In this document: positions 56,855 to 64,000 of the stretch, piece after piece
Numbering within the stretch: position 1 is the stretch's first letter
Layout: each line of letters begins with the position of its first letter
Assembly: GCA_041391665.1 (NCBI GenBank)
Contig: JAWKNO010000003.1
Coordinates: 407,987 to 471,986, forward strand
Reading direction: 5' to 3'
Length of the DNA: 64,000 nt
Origin: Bacteroidia bacterium
GTDB lineage: Bacteria; Bacteroidota; Bacteroidia; J057
Made by a program: the position numbers and the translations under genes
Notes under the pieces: generated by a model
Seen by the model: the letters and a program-made list of their open reading frames with translations, nothing else
Told to the model about the DNA's origin: nothing
Databases searched by the model: none

Positions 56855-57655
56855 ATGGATAGACCTTTTATTCAAAGGATTCGTATTTATCCCATAAAAT
56901 CTCTTGATCCCGTGGAGGTGCAGCAAGCAGAGGTTGGGATTCATTCACTAAAATATGATCGAAGCTTTGCCCTTTTAGGTGAAGATGGCCGCTTTATCAA
57001 TGGTAAACGAACAGGCCTGGTCAATCAGCTCAAGGCCTCCTACGATTTGGAAAATCAATTTGTTTTTCTATCCAGAAGGGGGGAAGAGACTGTCCATAAA
57101 TTCGAATTAAAGCCAGAAAATTCGGAACTCGTCGGGTATTTGGAAGATTTTTTTGGAATAAAACTAGTTTTGTTGCAAAACTCCAATGGGAAACTAATGG
57201 ATATACCCACACAAAGTAGTGTAACTGTAATCAGCACCGCTACTTTACAATCTCTACAAAATGATCTGAAAGATCATACGCTTGAAGACCTTAGGCTGAG
57301 ATTCAGGGCCAATATTGAAATTGAAGGGGTTGAGGCTTTTTGGGAGGAAAAACTATTTCAAGTGCCGGGGGTTGGGGTGCGATTCACAGTGGGTGAAGTT
57401 GAAATGATCGGGGTGAGTCCAAGAGCCCGTTGCAATGTTCCGCCTCGTAACCCGATGAATGGAGAAACTGATAAGTCTTTTATAAAAAAGATGATGCGAA
57501 GCAGGCTAAGTTCCTTGCCAAAGGACAGCACGTTGCTGCATTATGGCAATACCTATCAATTGACCGTCAATACTTACCTGAGTCCGGATCAAAAAGGAAA
57601 AATCATGAAGGTTGGCGATCCCGTTGAAATCAAAGAAACTGTGACTTTCAAATAG
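56855..57655 (+). CDS. MOSC domain protein
   Basis: MOSC N-terminal beta-barrel IRIYPIKSLD, RFRANIEIEG and the conserved Cys in SPRARCNVP. The start is set at MDRPF. Confidence 0.75.
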   Translation: MDRPFIQRIRIYPIKSLDPVEVQQAEVGIHSLKYDRSFALLGEDGRFINGKRTGLVNQLKASYDLENQFVFLSRRGEETVHKFELKPENSELVGYLEDFFGIKLVLLQNSNGKLMDIPTQSSVTVISTATLQSLQNDLKDHTLEDLRLRFRANIEIEGVEAFWEEKLFQVPGVGVRFTVGEVEMIGVSPRARCNVPPRNPMNGETDKSFIKKMMRSRLSSLPKDSTLLHYGNTYQLTVNTYLSPDQKGKIMKVGDPVEIKETVTFK

Positions 57656-57738
57656 ATTGTTTTGACCAATGTGATACTCATCACTGAAATCGACTTTGAC
57701 CGTATCATACCTTTGGGTAGATTTTGGAAAAAGCATTA

Positions 57739-59466
57739 ATGGAAATCAGCAAATTTATTCCCAACATTCCCTGGATCAGGCAGTACCGCAGAGAAAATCT
57801 CCCTGGAGATTTTGGTGCTGGGCTGACTGTAGCCGCCATGCTAATCCCTCAGGGAATGGCTTACGCCATGATCGCCGGCCTTCCTCCGGTTACAGGATTG
57901 TATGCTGCGGCTATTCCGGCTATTCTTTACAGTATCTTTGGCACTTCCCGCCAACTCTCAGTAGGGCCGGTAGCCATGGAATCACTGCTCGTAGCCGCAG
58001 GCATCGGGGCAATAGCCGAACCGGGGAGCATCAACTATATTACCCTCGCATTTACCCTCGCTTTTATGGTCGGGGCTATGCAGTTACTATTTGGCTTATT
58101 GCGGCTGGGTTTTATCGTCAATTTCCTGTCCAACCCTGTCATCAGTGGTTTTACTTCTGCTGCAGCCCTGATTATAGTGGGAAACCAATTTAAATACCTG
58201 CTGGGGGTCAATATCGGGCGGAGCCAGTATTTCTTCAATATCATTATCGATACGGTAGCCAATATCAACCAGACGCATCTGCTTACCCTGGGAATGGGAA
58301 CTTTAGGAATTGTGCTCATAAAGCTGGGGAAAAAATATTTTCCCTCCATGCCAGGCTCTCTCACACTGGTAATCATAGGTACACTTGCCTCATGGGGGCT
58401 GGGACTCAATCAGGCAGGAGTGAAAATATTAGGAGATATCCCCAGCGGTTTGCCGGCATTTACCCTGCCTGCACTTACACCTAAAAATATCGGAGACCTT
58501 TTCCCCATAGCACTTGCACTGGTTCTTATCGGTTTTACCGAAACGATTGCCATCGGTAAGGCCATTGCAGCCAAACATACCGGGCAGCGAATTATCCCCA
58601 ACCGGGAACTGATCGCCCTTGGAATGGCCAATTTGGGAAGTGGGGTTTTTCAAGGTTATCCGGTAACAGGCGGACTTGCGCGTTCGGCAGTCAACGATCA
58701 GGCCGGGGCAAAAACGAATCTCGCTTCGATCATCAGTGCGGTGGTAGTAATGATTACCCTGATGTTTTTTACGCCTGCATTTTATTACCTCCCGTTGGTT
58801 GTTCTTGCATCCATCATTATGGTAGCTGCATTGGGTCTGGTAAATATAAAAGAAGCGCGGACACTCTGGAATGCCAATCGCACAGACTTCTGGATGCTGG
58901 CGGCAACGTTTTTTGCCACGCTTTTTTTGGGTATACAGACAGGGATTATTTCTGGGGTAGTATTGTCTTTGGTAGTGGTCATTTACCGCACTTCAAGGCC
59001 TCATACAGCTGTATTGGCCAAAGTACCCGGCAGTACACATTACAGGAATGAAAAGCGGTTTACGAATCTGGAAGTGCGAAAAGATTTACTCATATACCGA
59101 TTTGATGCACAGATCTACTTTGCCAATATCGAATACTTCAGAGAAAATCTCAACGACTGTGTTGAGGAGCGGGGAGAAGAACTTCGGGCGATTATTATTC
59201 ATGCAGAGAGTATCAACTACATCGACAGCAGCGGGATACGAGGCCTAACAGAGATTATCGAAAACTATCACCGCATAGGCCTTAAAATCTACTTCGCAGC
59301 AGTAAAAGGCCCGGTGAGGGATGCCTTCTTCCGGGCAGGGCTGATTGAAAAAATAGGAAAAGAAAACTGCTTTATGGATGTGCAGGAAGCAGTGGATTTC
59401 CATGACGGAATTGACAAAACAAACTATAATTCGAAGTTTAAACCATATACACTTCAATCTAATTAA
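57739..59466 (+). CDS. SulP family anion transporter with C-terminal STAS domain
   Basis: DFGAGLTVAAMLIPQGMAYAMIAGLPP motif, about 10-12 TM helices and a STAS tail (IYFANIEYF...YIDSSGIRGL). Confidence 0.9.
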   Translation: MEISKFIPNIPWIRQYRRENLPGDFGAGLTVAAMLIPQGMAYAMIAGLPPVTGLYAAAIPAILYSIFGTSRQLSVGPVAMESLLVAAGIGAIAEPGSINYITLAFTLAFMVGAMQLLFGLLRLGFIVNFLSNPVISGFTSAAALIIVGNQFKYLLGVNIGRSQYFFNIIIDTVANINQTHLLTLGMGTLGIVLIKLGKKYFPSMPGSLTLVIIGTLASWGLGLNQAGVKILGDIPSGLPAFTLPALTPKNIGDLFPIALALVLIGFTETIAIGKAIAAKHTGQRIIPNRELIALGMANLGSGVFQGYPVTGGLARSAVNDQAGAKTNLASIISAVVVMITLMFFTPAFYYLPLVVLASIIMVAALGLVNIKEARTLWNANRTDFWMLAATFFATLFLGIQTGIISGVVLSLVVVIYRTSRPHTAVLAKVPGSTHYRNEKRFTNLEVRKDLLIYRFDAQIYFANIEYFRENLNDCVEERGEELRAIIIHAESINYIDSSGIRGLTEIIENYHRIGLKIYFAAVKGPVRDAFFRAGLIEKIGKENCFMDVQEAVDFHDGIDKTNYNSKFKPYTLQSN

Positions 59467-59489
59467 TCAATTATTTAATCATTAAAACA

Positions 59490-59732
59490 ATGGAAAAAGC
59501 AACTGTTATCGACGTTCGTGAACCCTGGGAGTTTATGCTTGGACATGTAGAAAACTCAGTGAATATCCCTATGGGAAAAATCGCTCAGAAAGTGGACGAG
59601 ATTAAAAAAATGCAGGAGCCGTTGATTTTTTGCTGTGCTTCAGGAAACAGAAGCGGACAGGTAGTAAGCTGGCTCAAAGAGCAGGGTTTGAAAAATATTA
59701 CCAACGGCGGTTCATGGAGAAGTGTAAAATAA
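59490..59732 (+). CDS. single-domain rhodanese-like sulfurtransferase
   Basis: VIDVREPWEF and the active-site loop CASGNRS. Confidence 0.8.
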   Translation: MEKATVIDVREPWEFMLGHVENSVNIPMGKIAQKVDEIKKMQEPLIFCCASGNRSGQVVSWLKEQGLKNITNGGSWRSVK

Positions 59733-59813
59733 CTCCGCAACTTCGTATATTTGCAAAATTTCCCTGTAACAACAACCCCTAAACGTGCCCGTGGCAAGCC
59801 AAATATTAATATC

Positions 59814-61271
59814 ATGAAAGTAGAACAGATTTATACAGGATGTCTCGCTGAGGCCGCTTACTATATTGAAAGTGAAGGCGAAGCTGTGATCATTGATCCG
59901 CTCCGCGAGACACAGCCATATATCAGAAAACTCAACGCCGAAGGCGTAACCCTGAAATATATCTTCGAAACGCATTTCCATGCGGACTTTGTTTCCGGTC
60001 ATGTTGACCTTGCAAAGGCAACCGGTGCGGAGATTGTGTTTGGTCCCACTGCCAGAACCAATTTTCCAATCATTGAAGCTACTGATGGACAAGAGCTAAA
60101 AGTCGGAAAAGTTACGTTTAAAGTCCTCCATACCCCCGGCCATACACCTGAAAGTGCCACCTATCTCTTGTACGATGAATCAGGAAAAGAACATTCGATA
60201 TTCACCGGTGACACCTTGTTTATCGGCGATGTCGGAAGACCTGACCTCGCACAGAAATCCGGGGAAATCACCAAAGAAGACCTTGCCGGCTGGTTATTTG
60301 ACAGCCTCCGCAACAAAATCATGGTTTTGCCTGATGAGGTGATTGTATACCCTGCCCACGGCGCGGGTTCTGCCTGCGGCAAAAATATGTCCAGCGAAAC
60401 CTGGGATACCCTCGGCAACCAGAAACGCACCAACTACGCCCTCCGCGCAGATATGACCCGTGAGGAGTTTATCGTCGAAGTAAGTTCAGGCCTTCTGCCT
60501 CCGCCGCAGTATTTCGCCAAAAATGCCCGCCTCAATAAAGATGGCTACGGCAGCTTTGACGATGTACTCGCCAAAGGCGCAATCCCGCTTTCGCCTGCAC
60601 ACTTTGAAGAAATCGCCGAAAATATGGGTGCGTTGGTTCTGGACACCCGCAATAAAAGTGATTTTGCTGCGGCACACATCCCCAACTCGATATTCATAGG
60701 GCTGGATGGAAGTTTTGCTCCCTGGGTAGGTGCACTCATCCCCGACCTCAATCAGCCGATTCTGCTTGTTACTACCGAAGGCAGAGAGGAAGAAACCGTT
60801 ACCCGCCTGGCCCGCGTAGGCTACGACAATACCCTGGGGTATCTCGAAGGTGGATTGGAAACCTGGGTAAGAGCAGGTAAAGAGGTCGATCAGGTAAAAG
60901 GAATGCCGGCAGAGAAGGTGGCAGAAATGTTTGTTCACGGTGAAGTAGATACCCTGTTTGACGTGCGCAAACCTTCCGAATTCCTGTCTCAGCATGTAGA
61001 TGGTGCAGAAAATCTCCCATTGGACTTTATCAACCAGAATATGCACCGCATCGAAAAAGGAAAAACGCTTTTCCTCCACTGCAAAAGCGGTTATCGCTCC
61101 ATGATTGCAGCGTCTATCCTCAAAGCCAGAGGCATCGCCAGCATTGTTGACGTCGAAGGCGGATGGGATGCTTTGCTCAAAACATCAATTCCCACCACCG
61201 ACTATATCTGCCCCACCGAACTTCCCCAGGAAGTCATCGACCGGCAGGTAGAAGAAGTAGTGGGAGGATAA
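59814..61271 (+). CDS. MBL-fold hydrolase (persulfide-dioxygenase-like) fused to two rhodanese-like domains
   Basis: H-x-H-x-D motif THFHADF and HTPGHT. Second rhodanese has the active loop HCKSGYRS. The start is set at MKVEQIY. Confidence 0.85.
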   Translation: MKVEQIYTGCLAEAAYYIESEGEAVIIDPLRETQPYIRKLNAEGVTLKYIFETHFHADFVSGHVDLAKATGAEIVFGPTARTNFPIIEATDGQELKVGKVTFKVLHTPGHTPESATYLLYDESGKEHSIFTGDTLFIGDVGRPDLAQKSGEITKEDLAGWLFDSLRNKIMVLPDEVIVYPAHGAGSACGKNMSSETWDTLGNQKRTNYALRADMTREEFIVEVSSGLLPPPQYFAKNARLNKDGYGSFDDVLAKGAIPLSPAHFEEIAENMGALVLDTRNKSDFAAAHIPNSIFIGLDGSFAPWVGALIPDLNQPILLVTTEGREEETVTRLARVGYDNTLGYLEGGLETWVRAGKEVDQVKGMPAEKVAEMFVHGEVDTLFDVRKPSEFLSQHVDGAENLPLDFINQNMHRIEKGKTLFLHCKSGYRSMIAASILKARGIASIVDVEGGWDALLKTSIPTTDYICPTELPQEVIDRQVEEVVGG

Positions 61272-61300
61272 GATATCTTCTTTTTTAAGTATATTGGGGA

Positions 61301-61340
61301 CAAGGGTTACGGCACCTGGTGTAGTAGCCCTTGTTTTTTT
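61301..61340 (+). terminator. intrinsic terminator
   Basis: 11-bp stem acaagggttac/gtagcccttgt (one G-U pair) followed by a T7 run. Confidence 0.7.
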
Positions 61341-61341
61341 C

Positions 61342-61377
61342 AAAAAAAAATACGCTACCCCAAACAGGATAGCGTAT
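61342..61377 (-). terminator. intrinsic terminator for the minus-strand MAM/PKD gene
   Basis: 8-bp stem atacgcta/tagcgtat. On the minus strand it is followed by a T-run, the complement of the A-run at 61342-61349. Confidence 0.7.
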
Positions 61378-61403
61378 TTTGATTTTTATGAACAGGACTC
61401 GCC

Positions 61404-64000
61404 CTATTCCTTCATCAACTTGATCAATCGAACCTGACTGCCGCTGAGTACCCGTAGAAAATAGATTCCCTGCGTTTGGCCAGTGAGACTAAAGCCTGTG
61501 GTGGTTTCTGCTGAATATTTTTCCACCTCAAACTTCACGATCTCTCTTCCGGTCATATCCACCACCACACAATCAAATGTCCCTGTTTTTCCTCCGGCCA
61601 GTTCAAGGTAAAATAAGTCCTGACCTGGATTCGGATAAACGGAAATTTGCGTTCCACCCAAATCATCTTCCAGCCCTACGGTAGTAACATCAATCGTCTG
61701 GAATGTGGTATCCGGGCCGCAATCGTTCCACGCCACCAGCATGACCTGGTAGGAGTTGTTGAGGGTATATAAATGCTGCGGATCGGCCAGCGTACTGGTA
61801 ACGCCGTCGCCAAAATCCCAAAACCAGCTATTTCCGTTTACAGTGGTATTGGTAAATTTATATACCGCTCCTACAGTCGTATAGGTAAAGTCGGGGTCGG
61901 GCAGCGGGCTTACCACCAGTGCTTGTGAAGAAATGGTCGTGCCACTGGCATCGCCTACGCTCAGGGATACAATCTGGGTGCCGGGAGCATTGAAGACCAC
62001 GGCATGTGGCCCGGCAGTACCTGCTGAGGAGGGCGTTGCATCAGGTCCAAAATTCCAGTTGTAGCTGATATTGGTTCCTCCTGTCGTCTGATCGGCAAAA
62101 ATAATGGTTTCTCCTTCGCAAATAGCTTCGGGCGTAAGGGAGAAAGCTGCGTTGGGCCCCGGATCCCCGGTCTCAATCACCTGGATATTGTCAAGTGAAA
62201 TATTGTTATTGTTGCCAGAACCATTTACGCTGCGGAATAAAAGTGTAATCACGCTTCCATTATAAGGACTGAGATCAACGGTGTCTCGCCGCCAGTCTGA
62301 GCCCTGGGCAGGGAAAAACGGGTCGTCAGTAGGAGGAGCAGTTGCCAGTATCTGGCCTGGTTTCGAATAAATGGTTGTGGTGAAATTTTCAGCGCAGTTT
62401 TGCGCAACAGATACCTGTAACTGGTCGTTAGAAAATTCATTAAACTGGGCATAAGCCACATCAAAAACCAGTATAGGCTGATCTGCCACAGATAGATCCA
62501 CTTTCCAGCTTATCAGGTTATCAGGATCCCCGACGATTGAATTGTTGAAATGATCGATATACACCGCCCGGGAAGGGTTACCGTCTATTCCGATGACTGT
62601 CAGTGTATCCCAGGTGGTACCGCCGTTTGGGTTTAAAACCCACCAGTTCTGAGGCGGGAAATCGCCTCCTTCAAATGTTTCAACAAGGTCAGGAACCAGG
62701 CCCTCGGTAATTGTAATATAATCAGTTTTAACCTGCATGGCACTGCCATTGGGATTGGTCGCCGTAAGGCTTACTTCATACACTCCTGCTGCTGAAAACT
62801 GCACGACAGGGTTCCGTGAAGTCTGGTTGGTTCCGCCAATATATGTAACTGCATTAGGGGTGAAAGACCATGCCCATGACTGCGGATTGTTTGCAGACAT
62901 ATCAGTAAGCTGAACAGACTGTCCCGGGCAGGTGTATTTTACGGAGGCGTCAAAATCTGCCAGCGGAGGCCCTGCGAGGTCATAAACCGCTATATCGTCA
63001 ATCGCTATATCGCTTTGAAATCCGGTTCCGGTAATACCCCTGATTCTGATGTTGACCGTCAGACCGGAAAAGGGCATGAGGTTTACTTTGACATTTTGCC
63101 ATGTGTTACCCTTATTGCCAGCTATGGGTGGTATATAATCATTTATCCATGCATTCCCGATAAGTAAATCCACATGTAACTCGCCCATATTATTACCAAA
63201 CATGTGATACCAGAACGAAAATTCACCTGCGGTTACTCCGGTCAGGTCAATACAGGGACTCAGCAAAATCGCCTCCTGCAGATTACATGCCCCCGAGGAT
63301 TCGAGATAAAGATATTTTCCAGATGCTGTTCCTGGTTTATGGTCTGCGGTGGGGCCGGTACTACCTGTTGGGGTGGTGCCATTATTTACCCTCCAGTCTA
63401 TATCATCTTCCGTACCATTGGCTGCATTTAACCATCCGTTGGACAGGCTGCACACTTCTTCCCCGCAATTAGGGGTAGTAGCACAGTTTTGTAAAGTTTC
63501 AAAATCTTCCTGATAGGGAAGGCTTACGAGATTACCGGGCAGTACATTTACCAACTGAACCGTAGTGTCATTATAATGAACAGAATCCGCAGCGTATTCA
63601 GTCCAGATCGTCAAAGGTTGAATGCCCGGTTGTGATAACGTGAGAAGCGTAGGAAATGTGAATAATATAGTTCCGTTTGGAGCAATCGTTCCTGAATAGG
63701 TTCCGGAAACAGGAGGATTGTTTCCCAATTGATAAAACACCGGAATATTGGCGATTCCGTTATTACCTTCGTTTTTCAAAACCACCTTCACCGGAATCGA
63801 ATATGCCCGGCAATCCAGAAAAGGGCCTTCAACTCCCGAACTGCCTTCCACAAGCCCCACGTCATTGCTGATGGGGCAGTTTTGCCTGATTCCACTCTCC
63901 CTGAGTATGGCAACAGACCTTCTTCCTTTTTCTCCATTGGCACCTCTGGCGCGCACGGCAATCCAGTGCAATTCCTGAATCGGTACAAAATAGGTAAATG
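61404..64000 (-). CDS. large secreted MAM / PKD multidomain protein with T9SS CTD, N-terminus outside window
   Basis: The frame stays open to base 64000. MAM-like DFE...DIDW...TGPTADH...YLYLESS...FWYHMFG...DIAIDDIAV, PKD-like modules, and CTD ISVYPNPGQDLFYLEL...GIYFLRV. Confidence 0.8.
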   Translation of the reverse strand, partial: FTYFVPIQELHWIAVRARGANGEKGRRSVAILRESGIRQNCPISNDVGLVEGSSGVEGPFLDCRAYSIPVKVVLKNEGNNGIANIPVFYQLGNNPPVSGTYSGTIAPNGTILFTFPTLLTLSQPGIQPLTIWTEYAADSVHYNDTTVQLVNVLPGNLVSLPYQEDFETLQNCATTPNCGEEVCSLSNGWLNAANGTEDDIDWRVNNGTTPTGSTGPTADHKPGTASGKYLYLESSGACNLQEAILLSPCIDLTGVTAGEFSFWYHMFGNNMGELHVDLLIGNAWINDYIPPIAGNKGNTWQNVKVNLMPFSGLTVNIRIRGITGTGFQSDIAIDDIAVYDLAGPPLADFDASVKYTCPGQSVQLTDMSANNPQSWAWSFTPNAVTYIGGTNQTSRNPVVQFSAAGVYEVSLTATNPNGSAMQVKTDYITITEGLVPDLVETFEGGDFPPQNWWVLNPNGGTTWDTLTVIGIDGNPSRAVYIDHFNNSIVGDPDNLISWKVDLSVADQPILVFDVAYAQFNEFSNDQLQVSVAQNCAENFTTTIYSKPGQILATAPPTDDPFFPAQGSDWRRDTVDLSPYNGSVITLLFRSVNGSGNNNNISLDNIQVIETGDPGPNAAFSLTPEAICEGETIIFADQTTGGTNISYNWNFGPDATPSSAGTAGPHAVVFNAPGTQIVSLSVGDASGTTISSQALVVSPLPDPDFTYTTVGAVYKFTNTTVNGNSWFWDFGDGVTSTLADPQHLYTLNNSYQVMLVAWNDCGPDTTFQTIDVTTVGLEDDLGGTQISVYPNPGQDLFYLELAGGKTGTFDCVVVDMTGREIVKFEVEKYSAETTTGFSLTGQTQGIYFLRVLSGSQVRLIKLMKE

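Noticed and set aside
1-64000. CRISPR arrays, tRNA, rRNA, tmRNA, RNase P
   Set aside because: I scanned all intergenic gaps larger than 80 nt by eye and found no regularly spaced direct repeats and no cloverleaf-compatible sequence. tRNAscan-SE, Infernal and CRISPR-detection tools would be needed for certainty.

Overview
This is a 64-kb chromosomal window from a Bacteroidota-type genome. The evidence is several secreted proteins ending in T9SS-type C-terminal sorting domains, TAnnTTTG-like -7 promoter boxes, no obvious Shine-Dalgarno signals, and Bat-like, RND and ECF modules. All family names come from motif recognition by eye; no searches were run.

Most of the window is ordinary core genome:
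- pyrR-pyrB, an LptF/G-like permease, a BatB/BatC-like pair, an aminotransferase, rpsA, udk and rdgB
- an orphan NuoG-like Fe-S protein, a BKACE enzyme with a WYL regulator, and a beta-lactamase-fold hydrolase
- a TetR regulator with a TolC/MFP/RND efflux set, an ECF sigma/anti-sigma pair, an Fe-ADH, pfkA and a SPOR protein
- higBA, iscA, crp/fnr-cydAB, a GH81 glucanase and a U32 peptidase
- a MOSC/SulP/rhodanese/MBL sulfur cluster and a MAM/PKD T9SS protein

Between cydB (ends 37959) and the GH81 gene (starts 50801) lies an accessory, visibly AT-richer stretch. It holds an Rpn-type PD-(D/E)XK nuclease, several orphan proteins, a decayed IS630-like fragment and a 7-bladed FG-GAP T9SS protein. 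It also holds the two most interesting loci.

1. A tight, very AT-rich four-gene operon at 42693-46105. It encodes a 62-aa SWIM-like zinc-finger mini-protein, a heptad-repeat/coiled-coil protein, an orphan P-loop GTPase with G1/G3/G4 motifs, and a protein with a C-terminal glycine-rich TM hairpin. A GC-rich, inverted-repeat-bounded structured element of about 200 nt follows it. I propose this as a candidate undescribed conflict/defence system.
2. A solitary TIR-TM-(long helical region)-PDZ protein at 48768-50591.

I could not recognise any rRNA, tRNA or CRISPR array.
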